Shown here: positions 46,171-60,592 of the stretch, piece by piece
How the letters are laid out: each line of letters opens with the position of its first letter
Numbering within the stretch: position 1 is the first letter of the stretch
Source: the human T2T-CHM13v2.0 reference genome, Homo sapiens
Length of the DNA stretch: 64,000 nt
Assembly (NCBI RefSeq): GCF_009914755.1
Contig: NC_060934.1
Direction: 5' to 3' (one strand)
Position numbers and translations under genes: made by a program
The notes under the pieces: model-generated
Seen by the model: only the letters and a program-made list of their open reading frames with translations
What the model was told of the DNA's origin: nothing
The model's database searches: none

Positions 46171-46480
46171 ATGTAGCATCAGTTTGGCTCTCTGGAATCA
46201 TTCTAGACCGTCCTCCCTTCTCATCCCTCTCTCACCCCCAACCCTCACCTCAGCTCTATGCCATGGATGGTGATTTATGTATGGACTACATAAATGAGCC
46301 TCTTTTGCTGTGCAGCTTCTGATGGTCTCAACCTGTGGGGGACACAATCTGGAGCTTAGACTGTTAGCAGATAGAGAGGTCAGAGCATTGTTCTCCTAAG
46401 TCCCTTCCTGAGAGACCACAGAATGGCAATATCTGTGTTCCTCTGTCAAAAGCCAAAACTTTAGTAAGATGGCCTTCCAC
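46171..46480. mobile_element. LTR33-like ERVL LTR fragment
   Basis: gctctatgccatggatggtgatttatgtatggactacat...gagaggtcagagcatt resembles LTR33. Confidence 0.5.
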
Positions 46481-49199
46481 AGTATTCTGTGGCCTAGGAA
46501 GATTTATGAATGCAGAGTTCTTTCTGCTTTCAAAGCTAAGTGTTTTAAGAACCAAACCCTTTGGGAAGAACAACAAAAATTGGGGTGCTGTATGTGTGGT
46601 CTAAGCCCTTTGCTACTCATGGAAAAGCTGGGAGTTTGGGATTCCTTCCCAGTCATTAGGTGCTGTCCCCAGGTAGGGTTTGTGTGTGAGTGTGTCCCAG
46701 ATTTTCCTACCCGTGTTGATGTGGGTATATTCTTATTTTCCCAGTGTGTACAAGTCTCTCAACTAGTTTCTGGTTTTCTCCAAGAGGGATTGATCAATGT
46801 GTAGCTGTTTATTTAGTGCATCTATGGAAGGAGGGAAAATCAAGAGCTTCCTATTCTTCCATCTTGCAGATATTACCACTGCAAATGTCCTTGGGACAGA
46901 ATGGTAGATATAAAACAAGTATAAGTAATTTCCTTGAAATTTTTGCATTTTCCATGTTTAGCATTCTTTTCAAAGGATTAGATTGTGAATTTTCAGTGCT
47001 AAATAAGTTATGACTAACATTCCAGCTGGTAATATATTGATCAGTAGTGGTTGTGAGAATGGCAAATAGATAAGACATAGAGATATGATAAGAAATATAA
47101 TAAAAATGCATACCTCAATGATTTGTGATGGTAGATACTGGAAAGAAGAATAATTTAAGATATAATTAGACTTTGACTATAACGTATTCAGATATTTTTG
47201 AATATTATTAACAAACTTATGATCTGTAAAACATTAACTTCTGCCAGTAATTCCAGAGAATTATGTGCAATGGTTATTAGTTGCATAAAGCTGGAGGAAT
47301 ATTTAAATGATCTATTTAAAATTAATTACTCTTTGATCAATAATCTTGGTCAAAAAGAGGGCTTCCTATATCAGTATGGAAAATATTATATTTATTCACA
47401 TTATTTTACAATTATCCTTCCTTTTTCATTGGATTCTCATTTACTTAATGAAGAAAACACATTAAATTGTTATAGGAACTATATTTCAATATCTGTTCCT
47501 TTGACAGTAATTGTATTAGAGTTCCAGACCTCACACAGCTTAAATTCTCATTGTACAAAGTCTACTTTCAAATGCTTTCAAAAAGACAAAATTTCCCTCT
47601 CCCCCTTATTATTTGAGTGTAGGATGATATATTTTCTTGGCCTAGATCATGATACATACTTATGTCTGTCTTTTTAGCAATAATTTTTAACAAAAATTTA
47701 GCAAATCTCATTAATTTTGATTGTAACTTTGAATTATATTGCTTTGATCTAAAATTATTTATATAACACATAATTTTTCCCAAAAGTCTTTTGGATCAAA
47801 AATGTCAAATTGAGTATTAATGAAAGATTACTCTGTTAGTCTTCCACAAGAAAGATCAGGAGCCCATCATGGTTAGTACCAGTTTTGTCAGACAGTTCCA
47901 TTGATGAGAGGCCATCTTCATTGCTCTTCTTTATTATTTTCTGTGTAAAACCGAATTCTATCTGACACAGCTTTGTGTTGGTTGTCTGTAAGTTAGCTTT
48001 AATATAGCAGTTTGCTTTAGCATTGTCAGATTCACAATGTAAAATATACTGTGGCAAAATAACACAATGTTGTGTTAGTTAAATTAAAAGCATTGACTCC
48101 TCCAGCCTTAAGAATAAATCTGAATTGTAGAGCCTGATCGTTAAAAGATAATGATCATATACTGCCATAGGCCACAGAAATTTAAAAGGTCTTAGTGCTT
48201 CTTTCAGATAGAGATGCAGAGACTAATTTGAAATGAATACATAGCCTAACAAGATGAGTAGGTTTATTTAAGCACATGACTGACTTTTGTTCTTCATGTT
48301 GAAGAGGCTTGAATCTTTAGTGTCACCCTGTTTTTAATCATGATCTTAAAAGTTCTTTTCTTTAGCAGTTTGCTTTCTTTCTGTGTATTAACCTTTGGTT
48401 GTCTAATTATTGTTTCCTTTGGTACATATTTAATATTTTCTGCTTGTGCTCTTTATTATTTGTGTTCTAGATCCATTGCTTGCCCAGTAAGTAAATACAT
48501 GAAGAAAATATACTAATACTGTGGAGTAGAGGAAGGGAAGAGGAATATTTATGAATATTAATGAATATTAATAAAATCTACTACAGTCTATTTTATCATA
48601 CATACTTCCCTTCCTTTTGTATATAAAATATAGTCACTTCCCACCTGCCTCCTCCAGGAAGAAACTCAAAAGTCTCATCTAATTGTCTAATCTTAATAGC
48701 CTTGAAGTAAAAATGCAAATTATCTGGCTCCCCACTCACCACATTCAACATTCAATGAGGAAACAGAACAAGATAATCATAATAAACACTTCCATTGGAA
48801 ATAGAAAGATGGACACATATAGTAGTCCCTGAATACTAGCATTTCTGAACTCCTGTTGGTCAGAGGTTTCACCATCCCTCTTCCTGTGTGAGTGGCAAAT
48901 CTTTGCTGAGGTTTTCTGGGAACAACTCCCTAGTTATTGTTCATGACTCTTGGCTCTGGCCTCTGGCAAATCCTTCTGTTTCAATGATCTCACTTCGTTA
49001 TATCTGAACAGGGCATTTGAGAATCCGTCTTTTTTGGATCTGAGCACTGAGTCTGAAACTATGAAAGGTTCTAGGTACCACTGTACTTGCACGTACAAGA
49101 TATGCACGTATACATGTATATATTAATACATACGTGTATACACACTAACATGTGAGTACACATACACAAAAATGCACACACACATAGTAGCAATATCTT

Positions 49200-49660
49200 G
49201 AGATCTCTGGTTTGGAGATAGACTCTTTACTCACATAGTAACCTGTGTCACTTCCCTATACCTCAATTTCCCACAAGATAACATAGTATCAGATATATCC
49301 TGCACAGAAAATGGGGTTTATGACACAGGAGAGTTACTCCAATATTATGAATCTTGGGGCTTATATAGGGTAATTGGCACATGTGGCCCTTCTGCCCTCT
49401 GGAGACTAGAGAGGGAAGCTTCTCTAGAATGTAAGCAAATCCTCTCAGAGAAGATGGAGAGGTCTCTACTTCACCACTCTGGAATGTAAATAAAACTCTC
49501 TGAGGGAGATGTCCATAAATTTTCTTGGAAATTTCTATCTTTATCATACAAGACTTATTTGATATTCAATCATTTTTAACCCATGTTACTTGGAATTTTT
49601 GTTCAGGAAGCTCTGACCATGCAGAAACATGAAATATTCGTGGAGCATTGTCTCCTGACA
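49200..49660 (-). mobile_element. ERVL-class LTR (LTR47/LTR53/MER74-related), within MaLR-internal relics (~48580-50930)
   Basis: Minus strand starts TGTCAGGAGACAATGCTCCACGAATATTTCATGTTTCTGCA. Confidence 0.55.
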
Positions 49661-49719
49661 TTGTGTAGCTTTCTCAACCTTTCTTCTACCTATAACTTTG
49701 GTCCAAAGAAGGTCCAAAA

Positions 49720-50345
49720 CGCGTATATACTTTGGTGGGAATCTCACTTATTTCAGCCACATGGAAAGCAACTGATTACTCAAAGAACTTACAACTACCA
49801 TTTGATGATTGGGTATATATCCCATTACTGCACATGTATCCAAAAGAAAATAAATTGTTCTACCAAAAAGACACATGCACTCTTATTTTCATCACAGTAC
49901 TATTCACAATAGCAAAGACATGGTGTCAACCTAGGTGCCCATCGAAATTGGAGTAGTTAAAGAAAATGTAGTACATGTACAACATGGAATACTATGCAGC
50001 CATAAAAGAGAAAAAATCATGCCCTGTGCAGCAGCATGTATGTAGCTGGTGGCCATTTTCCTAAGCTAATTAGCACAGGAACAGAAAACAAATACTGGAT
50101 GGTCTCACTTCTAAGTGGGAGCTAAACATTTGATACACAAGGTCGTAAAGATGGCAACGGTAGGTACTGGGGACTACTAGGGGTGGAGTGAGGGATGGAG
50201 AGGCAGGATTTGAAAAACTATTGGGTACTGTGCTCACTACCTGGATGATGGGATCAGTATACCCCAAACCTTAGCATTGTGCAATATGCCCATATAACAA
50301 TCCTGCACGTGTACCTCCTGTAGAGATCTAAAAGTTGAAACAAAC
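49720..50345 (+). mobile_element. 5'-truncated L1PA16-like 3' end
   Basis: aaataaattgttctaccaaaaagacacatgcactc, aagtgggagctaaacatt, ggggactactag. Confidence 0.8.
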
Positions 50346-50369
50346 AAGAGATCGCCATTGATGGTGTTT

Positions 50370-50720
50370 CTTGAAATATAATTCATACACCATACATTTT
50401 AGCCATTTAGTGTATGATTCAGCAGCTTTTACTATAGTCACAAAATTCTACAACTCTACAACTGTCACTCCAGTTTTAGAACATTTTCATCATCCTAAAA
50501 AGAAACAACATAACCATTAGCAGACGCACGCAGCTCTACCTTACTCCACCCCGCTAAGTCCTAGGTAGCCACCTCTACTTTTTGCCTCCATGAGTTTGCC
50601 TATTCTGGACATTTCATGTAAGTGAACTCATATAATATGTGGTCCTTTATGACTAGCGTCATTCACTTGGTGTAATATTTTCAACATTCATCCATGTACA
50701 TTTTATTGCCAAATAATACT
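50370..50720 (-). mobile_element. L1MB 3'-end fragment
   Basis: ttgaaatataattcatacaccata...ttttagaacattttcatcatcc...tttgcctattctggacatttcat. Confidence 0.7.
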
Positions 50721-50926
50721 AGAAATCATCTTTTTTATTTCTCTAGCAATCAGTTTCTATTTATCCAGGATGGTGGCACTTTTAACAGCAGAGCTTCCTC
50801 AAAACATAATTGCTTTTGTTGTTGAAACTCTATATATTTGATTATAGTCAGCTACATGTGCCTACTTACAATTCTTTTTAGGGAATGTCAGTTCCTGATT
50901 CTCTGTTTCTCTCTGTCCCTCTTTCT

Positions 50927-50984
50927 TATCTAACTATCTGTCTGTCTGTCTATCTGTCTATCTGTCTATCTATCTATCTATCTA
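50927..50984. repeat. Compound (TCTG)n(TCTA)n tetranucleotide STR
   Basis: Read directly. Confidence 0.9.
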
Positions 50985-50985
50985 G

Positions 50986-51283
50986 CTTAGTCCATTTTGT
51001 GTCACTATAACCACAGACTGGGTAATTTGTAACGAGTAGAAATGTATTTCTTAGAGTTCTGGAGCCTGAAAAGTTCAAGGTTGAGGGGCATGCATCTAGC
51101 GAGGGCTTTATTGCTGCATCATCCCATGGCAGAAGGCAGAAGGGCAAAAGAATGCAAGAGTAAGGGAGCCAGAAGGGGCTGAACTTCCTTTTATAATAAG
51201 CCCATTCTCATGGCAACTAGCCCACTCCCTTGATATGAACATCAATCCATTTATGGGGTCAGGGACCTCATGACGTAATCACC
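50986..51283 (-). mobile_element. Truncated MSTC/MSTD LTR, followed by an L1 ORF2 fragment (+, ~51284-51600)
   Basis: cttagtccattttgtg...ccacagactgggtaatt...catcccatggcagaagg. Confidence 0.75.
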
Positions 51284-52519
51284 ACAAAAGATGCTAAATA
51301 GCCAAAGCAATCTTGAGCAAAAAGAGCAAAGCCGAGGTATCTCACATCCTAATCCCAAAATCTATACAAAACTACAATAATTAAAACAGCATGGTATTGG
51401 CACAAAAGCAGAAATATAGACCAATGGAACAGAATAAAGATCCCAGAAGTAAATCTGCACATTTATGGTCAACTGATCTTTGGCAAAGGTGACAAGAACA
51501 CACAATGGGGGAAAGGACAGTCTCTTCACTAGTTGATGCTGAGAAAACTGTATGCCCACATGGAGAAGAATGAAACTGGACTCTTATTTTATCACTTTAC
51601 CACAAATGCCTACACTTATATGTATGTACCTCATAATACATTGTTGAGATCATTGTATGTGTGGAAATTATAGTATTTTTTCAATTAAAACTATATCATA
51701 AACATTCTCAATACATCTCTATTTTAATGATATAATTGAACAATTGTATCTAAAATTTGCATTGAAACAAAATTGGTGTAGACACTTCCTTGTAATAATT
51801 CTGAGATGGTTGTCAAATGGGTAGTTTTGTTGTTTAAATTAAAATTTTGCTTACACTTATTATCATTATCCTGTTTTAAAATGAAAATTTAATTATCTTA
51901 TTTTTTCTACAGGTAGTATACAATTATTTTCTTCCAAATATATATACTTTATTTAATCTATTTAAATGACCCAAGAGAGATGGGTTTTCATACCTTGCTA
52001 GAAAATAAACTCTAAAACATATTATTAGGTCAGTAAGATTTCAGATATCTTTATATTTGATCTATTTATATCAGCTGTGACATAATTCATATTTCTTTTA
52101 TTGATTCAGAAGAAATAAAACTATACTTTCGTATACCTATGAGTGATTTAGAATTCTTCTTGGAAGAGGGAGAAACACTTAGTTATTCTTTGATATCCAA
52201 AAGCAATAATACTTCAAGATTCTAAGTACTATAATCTATACATATATATGCATGATATCATATGTGAATTCTATATTATAAATACTTAATATTTTATATT
52301 TCTCACATATTACAGATTGTATAATTGATGTGTTTTTAAGCCAAAATTTAGCAGATTTTATGAGCTTTTCTTTTTTAATCTGGGAAATTTCATCTTTGCT
52401 TTAATAAACTTGCTCAAGGACTCAGAATTTGAGTTAGGTATAGTGTGACTATGGGTGGGTCTTAATTTGCATATCCTAATGAGGAACTGTAGGATAAGAA
52501 AATAATTCTTCACTAATAC

Positions 52520-52823
52520 TTGTTTTTTGTTTTGTTTTGTTTTGAGACTGTGTCTCACTCTTTCACCCAGGCTGGAGTGCAGTGGCGCGACCGTGGCTCA
52601 CCGCAATCTCCGCCTTCAGGGTTCAAGTGATTCTTCTGTATCAGCCTACCAAGTAGCTGGGATTACAGACATACACAACTACCTGCTTAATTTTTGTATT
52701 TTTAATGGAGATGAGGTTTCCTCATGTTGGCCAGGCTGGTCTTAAACTCCAGACTTCAAGTGATCCACCTGCCTCAGCCTCCCAAAGTGGTGGAATTACA
52801 GATGTGAGCCACCATGCCAGGCC
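52520..52823 (-). mobile_element. AluSx/Sz
   Basis: Dimeric Alu with (GTTTT)n tail. Confidence 0.93.
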
Positions 52824-54124
52824 AGTAACATTATTTCCACTAAATTCTCTAGGTCTCTAAAGAGATCAGCAGGTGGTTTGTGGCTCCAAGTCAAACAGAG
52901 ATTTTAGAGGTACATGACATCCTTCTTGAGCCTTCTTTTCAAGTCTCTAGTCATAAGTTTTTCATTAGATAAACATTCTATTGAGGTGTAATTTGCATAC
53001 AGAACAGTAAACAAATCAGAAATATGTAGCTTGATGAATTTTCACAGAATGGACACTTCTGTGTAACCATCATCCATAAACATTCATGTAAATCAATAGA
53101 AACTTGCTGGCACCACAGAAGATCCACTAAGTCTCCTCCCAATCACAGGCCTGTCCAAAATGATAGCTGTTCTGGCATTTTAATTAAAGTCATCTATGGG
53201 TTACTTTGGGTGTTTGAATTTTTTTCTTTCCTTCCTTTCTTCCTTCATATTCTTCCTTCCTTCCCTTTTTTCTTACTTCTTTTTAGCTTTAAAAGGGGTC
53301 AAGTGTGAGACACTGATATAATCTATATAAAATTACGAGTTTTCAACTGGAAAATATCAAGCACACATGAATTATATTTCTGCTTTGAGTGTAGACTGCC
53401 ATGAGATTTGTAATATTATATATTAACTAGTGAAAATAGTTATTAAAAGCTGTTGTGCTTTCACTTTGAATTTGGTAATTTATTTTCCATTTACATTTTT
53501 CTGTTAATATGTTAAATGTATTAAGGCAGTAGTTGAGAGCTTAATTGTTGTGCAAAAAGAAAAACAGGGATTTTCATTTCCTTGTTTGCTCTTTTATTAC
53601 ACTCCCACTTACTTGGAGTGGCTGGATCTATTTATTATGTTTTCCTTTTAAGATCTGAGTGCACAATAATATTTGATTCATTTGAGTCTTTTTATACATG
53701 AAAATAGCAATATGGCAGTTGCTCAGTTTTTTATATTTATGACTCAGTATTTTATGGATTGATTATTATTCACTTGAAATGTTACAATTTGGTCTCAATT
53801 TGAAAGGTTAGAATTAATTATATTGAAGCATTAGCGATTAATCATTAGAACTTAAAATCAAAATGTCAGTATATTTATTGTGAAATTGCTTGAATTGGCT
53901 GAGAATTTCACTAATATATCAGACAATCACCAGTCCTAACTACTTCATCTCAAGTCAAACGATAACAGCTTTTAAAGGTTTGTTCCAAGTTTTCATCTCT
54001 GTGGTTTTGTAACTAGAAAACAGGTATGAGCTATAGTAAGTGTTATTTGTAAAAGTTACATAATGGTTTGTATGTATATTGTGTTGGTGTTCGGAAATGT
54101 GACGCCCAAATTATGTCATTATTC

Positions 54125-54415
54125 TTTTTTTTGAGACTGAGTTTTGCTCTTGTCACCCAAGCAGGAGCGCAATGACATGATCTTGGCTCACTGCAACCTC
54201 CGCCTCCTGGGTTCAAGCAATTCTCCTGCCTCAGCCTCCTGAGTAGCTGGGATTACAGGCACCTGCCACCACACCCAGCTAATTTTTGTACTTTTAGTAG
54301 ATGCAGGGTTTCACCATGTTGTCAAGGCTGGTCTTGAGCTCCCGACCTCAAGGGATCCACCTGCCTTGGCCTCCCAAAGTGCTGGGATTACAGGCATGAG
54401 CCACCACGCCCGGCC
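54125..54415 (-). mobile_element. AluSq/Sp-like
   Basis: Dimeric Alu; TSD GTCATTATTCT (54115-54125 / 54417-54427). Confidence 0.95.
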
Positions 54416-55579
54416 CGTCATTATTCTCATTTGAATCAGTTGGTATAAATTATCATTTAAATAAATATATGACTACATACAATTTTCAACTTATGGTAAA
54501 CACAATGACATTCATGGATTATCATGAACAAGTTAAAGTAGTCACAAATGGAAAGGAAGGTCTTTGTGCTTTTATCTTAGCAATTTCACCTGACATCTTA
54601 CAGTAGGGAAAATGGGCAAATATCAGTGAGCTGAAGGGCGTGTTTAGTTGGAACTGGCTAAAAGGTAGAGCTAGGACAGTATTGGAAACCCGTGACAGTG
54701 AGAGTAATTGACATTTAACATGATAGACTATGGGAAGTTTGTATGTAGAAATATACTTTGTTAAGCCTTAAGGTAATATGAGAGTATTACTTATTGTTAT
54801 AAATCCATTTATTTTTAAGAATATTAGTTTAAGAATATTATTATTCATAAATGTGAGACATCAATCTTTATCAAATAGGACTAGTTATTGGTATCCTAAA
54901 ATCAAGTGAAATTTATTGTTACTACAATAGTTGATTTATAATGTTACATTTATTTCCTATTTATTTTGGTTGCCAATAAGTATGAACAACAAAAAAGGTT
55001 AAAAAAAAATCCTTCACTGTATTGTTAATTTCCTTTGGTATTCACAGCTCACATCTAACAAAATATTTCAGTCCTAAATGAGTTTCTTCTAGTTTAAATA
55101 GTCTAGTAAAACATTTTGATTATATTTACTCCAAAGGATACATCATTAAATTATTTTAAATGTAAGGTAATAATTTTTCTCTATGTTTACTAAAATTTTT
55201 TCCTCAGTAGACGAATGGTTACCAAAATGATTCGAGGCTCTAGTGAATCATGTAAGTTCCATAACACAAATATTCATATGTAAATTTAAAAACTAGTTCA
55301 AATTATAATTTATTCATAATTACACAAAATTATTGTTTTATGAAAGGTTGAGAAATGAAGTAAATGTAATATACAGTAATGTCTATCTATGTACCTGCTT
55401 ATCTATGTTGATGACACAATTTTAGAAAATTGTATTTTTAGATTTACTAAATATTTATCTGTTGTGTGAATTAAAATGGCAATCGAATACAAATGTGGGT
55501 TAATAATGATGAAATTTCAATTACAAAATATGAGAAAAAACTTTGTAAACATTACATGAAACAATTCATTTATGGGAGC

Positions 55580-55844
55580 TTTTTTTTTTTTTTTTTTTGG
55601 AGACAGAGTCACACTCTTGTCACCCAGGCTGGCGTGCAGTGTGGGGATCTCAGCTCACTGCAACCTCCACATCCTGGGTCAAGCAATTCTCCATTACAGG
55701 CGCCCACTACCACGCTCAGCTAATTTTTGTATTTTTTAGTAGAGATGGGGTTTCACCATGTTGACCAGACTGGACCTCAGGCGATCTGCCCACCTCGGCC
55801 TCCTAAAGTGCTGGGATTACAGGCGTGAGCCACCGCGCCGGGCC
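55580..55844 (-). mobile_element. AluS with two internal deletions
   Basis: attctcc|attacagg (~25 nt missing) and agactg|gacctcagg (~13 nt missing, B box). Confidence 0.9.
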
Positions 55845-56216
55845 TCTATGTGAACTCTTTAAATTTAGACATTTTCAACAACATTGCTGTTCATTTCTGT
55901 AGTAGATTAAGGTGTGTTCATATAACTGAACTTCTAAACTCGTGATATATAGATTATTTTTGGCCTAAACAGTGTTTTAAAAATTTAAAAAGCTTCACAT
56001 ACAAATCCAGGTATTTAGCTGCTATTGAAAGATTGTAAGACATAAGAGCAATAGACCTAATTTGAACATGGTAAGTTAACTAGAGGTGAATAGTTATATA
56101 ACTGTTGCATGGTAGGTGAGGAAGGAAGAAATGGGGAAGCAGGCTGAAAGCAAGCCCAGGCAAGCGATAAAACAATAGCATCAGCATATTAACAGCAATA
56201 TTCCTTTATTCAGTAT

Positions 56217-56357
56217 AGCAGCTCTCAGACTGTTTGGTGTGAGCGTATAACTATAGATATTTACTACTTTAGAAATATAGAAATTTAAATTGATAAATTG
56301 AGAAATTTACTACTTTGGAAATTTAAATTGAGAACATTTTACATTATTTATTTAAAA

Positions 56358-56391
<34 letters not shown>

Positions 56392-57806
56392 TTTTGAGAC
56401 GGAATCTCGTTCTGTCGCCCTGGCTGGGGTGCAGAGGCGTGATCTCGGCTCACTGCAACCTCCGCCTCCCAGGTTGAAGCAATTCTCCTGCCTCAGCCTC
56501 CTGAGTAGCCAGGACTACAGGCACACACCACCACGCCTGGCTAATTTTTGCATTTTTAGTAGAGACGGGGTTTCACCATGTTGGGCAGGATGGTCTCAAT
56601 CTGCTGACCTTGTGATCCACCTGCCTCAGCCTCTCAAAGTAAAAATTATTTTTAAAATAATGAAAAACCCATATCTATTATAATAAATAACATATTCTTT
56701 ATAAAAGTAACTATGTCTTTTAAAAAGTGAGAAGAGTGGCTTTGTTTCACTCTTAATAAGTTTCTTTAATACCTGACTCAATAGAAGTCAGCTAAATTCT
56801 CATACCTGATTCCCATATTTAATCTGTTTTAATATGTTCATCAGGTTGAGGTGTATAAAGAAAATCCAGCCTCACACAGAAACATAGTTAGAAAAGAGAG
56901 GAGTATTTTTTAAGTTTTTGCACGTATTTGTGAATATTTTCTGTTATACTTTATTGAAAGTTGACAACTGGTAATTTCTTGAAGTTGGTTTAAATAGTTT
57001 TTTACCCATGCAAGATTTGCTAGCATCATGCATTGGTCCTCTGGAAAATGTTGATTCACTGAGTTATGCAGGTCTTCTGAATATTGACCCATTTCATTTT
57101 GTAATACCAAGAAATCACCACCAATATAATAAGAACAAGCTTAAAGTACTGTATTGGAAAGCTATCAGGCTCACAGTGTACTATAAAATTTTTCCCAAAC
57201 TATGATTTTTGCTTTACCCTCCTATTTTATCATTGCCAACAAATACAGTCAGTTATTTTCCTTCAAGTGACAGAGTTTTTTCATTTTTGTGAAAATATCT
57301 GTAAAATATCTAATGTGAATGGTTTGTGTGTCACTTGTGCTTTCAACTTAAAATGGTGCTTCATGAAAAAGGCAGCTAAATGAGCATGCAACTCAGTCTC
57401 ATAAGTGCATTTCCAGGAGACAGTTAATTAGTTACAGAAATGCTGTATTTGTACTTCCCATTTGTTATACTTGAGTCAAGATTTAATAAAATTAATAATT
57501 TTACTGATGCATCAAGGATATTTTTAAGTAAAGTAAACCCGGATTTTTTTTGTTATTCTACAAGGGCTTGGCAGTGAAAAATTCAGTGACTACTAGTAGT
57601 TTGCTAACACTGCTTTGATTTGTGCTAAGGTTCCAGCAGTTTTACCTATCATTGCTTTTTCACCATCACTGCAAACATCAGCACTGTGCAAAAGGCAAAT
57701 GGAAATTTGGAATGACTAACAAAATAGTTTTGACTTAGTTGTATCCTCAAAAAGATTCTTTAGAACTCCCAAACACCCACTGTCTACACTACGAAAACTG
57801 TCACTC
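56217..57806 (-). mobile_element. Charlie1 (Charlie1a-like) hAT DNA transposon relic, interrupted by an Alu
   Basis: aagtgagaagagtggc, aaatccagcctcacacaga, ccagcagttttacc motifs; transposase-like peptide LHNSVNQHFPEDQCMML in ORF 56910-57110. Confidence 0.8.
56362..56640 (-). mobile_element. 5'-truncated AluSc/Y-like with (ATTT)n tail
   Basis: Stops at ctctcaaagt (~35 nt of 5' end missing); TSD ~aaaaattattt. Confidence 0.92.
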
Positions 57807-60082
57807 TATAACAATGTGCTAACTTAAAAAATCAATATTATAAAAATATAACATATACAATAAAGCAACTGATTTTAACTGTACAGCTTAATGAATTTGG
57901 ACAAATGTATGTATCCAGTTAACCACCAACACAATCAAGATAAAGAACATTTCCATAATCTCAAAAGGTTCCCTCATGACCCTTTTCATTCACTCCTCAC
58001 TCCCATCTCCACCCCAGGCAACCATGCGTGTGCTTTCTATCACTAAGGATTTTATTTTGTCTTTCCCAGAGTTTCATTTAAATAGAATTATGCAGCATGT
58101 GTGTGTGTTTTTTTCCTGTCTTCCTTCTTTGACCCATCTTAACAATGTTGAGATATATCAGTAATTTTATGTATTATACCACTTCGTTCATTGATTTCAC
58201 CAAGTTCTATTCCAAAACTGTTATGAATGTTTGTTAGAAGCTTTTGTGAAATTTAAAAAAATTTAACTTGAGTAAATGCCTAATAGTACAATTTCTGGAT
58301 TTTACTGTAAATATGTTTGATTTTATTAGAAAATGCCAAACCCTCTTCCAAAAGGATTGTATAATACCACATTTCACCTATTCCATGTGAGAGTTCCAGT
58401 TTCTCCGCATCCTTGCCAGCATGTAGTATTATTGGTATTTTTCATTGTAACTATTCTAGTAGTTTTACTCTAGTACCTCATAGTTATAATTTTCAGTTTT
58501 TGTTGGCTAATGGTATTGAATATCTTTTCATCTGTTTCTCTTTTGTCATGTGTGTCTTCAATTTTTTGCTCATTTTTAAAATTGACAAAGTATTCTTATT
58601 ATTGAGATGTAAACGGTTCTTATATAATATGTTCTGGGTTATAAATCCTTTGTCAGTTTTATGCAATGCAAGTATTTTCCCCAGGTCTATAAGCTTGCTT
58701 TGTATATTTTTACTACCTTTCAAAGTGCAGGTGTTTTAATTTTGATGAATTTGATAAAATTTTATTCTGCGGTTTGTGTTTTCTTTGTTCTACTTAAGGA
58801 AACGTCCATTTGATGGTTACAAAAATGTTTCTCCCATTTTTTTCTAAATATTTATGGTTTTAGCTTTTTTATTTGAGTCTATGATTAGTTCAAGTTAATT
58901 TCAGAGTCTGATGTAAAGTAAGGATTGAGGTTTTTTATTTTCTTTTTTTTTTTTTTTTGCCCTGTATGGATGTCCACATTTTCTAGAACCATTGTCGAAA
59001 ACATTATCCTTTCCGCATTGCATTTCTTACAATCTGCTCTTTTTCTGCTTTTGTAGCATCTCACAATTTTGATATGTTGCATTTTCATTTTTTTCATTTC
59101 AAAATAAGTTATATTTGCCCTTTTAATTTCTTCTTTGGCTCATGACTTACTTAAAAGTATTTTGTATAATTTCCAAATATTTGACATTGTTTCCAAATAT
59201 ATTTCTGCTTTTGAATTCTAATTAGTTCTGTATTAGACCTCATATGTAGACCACATACGTAGACCATATACATATCATTGTAGTGCTATTGGAAACTTGT
59301 TTTATGGCTCAGAATATGATCTACATTCATGCATGTCCTATATATGTTAGAAAAAATCGTAATTATTGGGTTAATTATTGTAATGTCAATTAGATTAGAC
59401 AATGTTTGCTTGTAGTTTCATGTCTTCTATATTCCGGCTTATGTTCTGTCTGCTTATTCTATAATGTGACAAAGAGAAGTGTTGAAATATCCATCTATAA
59501 TTGTGGATGTATCTATTGCTCCTTTCAGTTTTGTCAGTTTTGCTTCATGTACTTTGAAGTTTTGCTATTGCTTGCATGCAGTTTTAGGATTGGTATGACT
59601 TGTTCATGATTTAACATATTATTATGAATATCCCTTTTTATTCGTAGTATTAACTCATGTTCTGGTCTATTTTTATGATATTAATGGAGCCAACTAGCTT
59701 TTTATGCTTAATATTTGCACAACATATCATTTTTCTTTCTTTCTAACTTGTCTGCTTATTTAATTTAAAAGTAGTTTCTTATAGACAGCATATAGTTGTA
59801 ACTCTTTCGTTATTCCAGCACAGTAATTTCTTCCTGCATTTCTAATTGCAGTGTTTAGACTACATATTTTTAATGTAATTATCTATACTATGTGTCTCCC
59901 ATCTGGATTTTTCCTCTATATTTTCATTGTTCACTTTTTCCTCATTTCCCCCCTTTTTTCAGGCTAATTGAGTACTTTTTGGATTTTTTTTTTTTTACTA
60001 TTTTCTTACTAGATCTACTTTTCTTTTTGACAATGGCTCTAGAGTTTACAATATGCATTTTGAACTTATTGAAGTAAAAGGA

Positions 60083-60403
<321 letters not shown>

Positions 60404-60592
60404 TCACAATACTTCTGACACTAAATGTTTGGGATTTTTTTGTTTACACACACAAAAAAACTCTCTGGACACCAACTTAGTGTCTTATATGCTTACTCAA
60501 TTCTGACACTGACTATTCAGAATTAGTGTCAGACGCTACAAGGTTAGAGGCTCCGTCCTACAGGCCTGCCCCTCACTTGAAATAGCAATCAT

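Noticed and set aside
47198-47677. 159-aa ORF
   Set aside because: Non-ATG start, composition typical of AT-rich noise (I/L/N/K/F/Y), no recognisable homology.
56910-57110. Transposase-like ORF as a domesticated gene
   Set aside because: Only 66 aa of a decayed, internally deleted Charlie1 that is interrupted by an Alu.
59240-59275. Micro tandem triplications (TAGACCACATAC x3 here; GAATATTAAT x3 at ~48543)
   Set aside because: Common slippage duplications with no sign of function.
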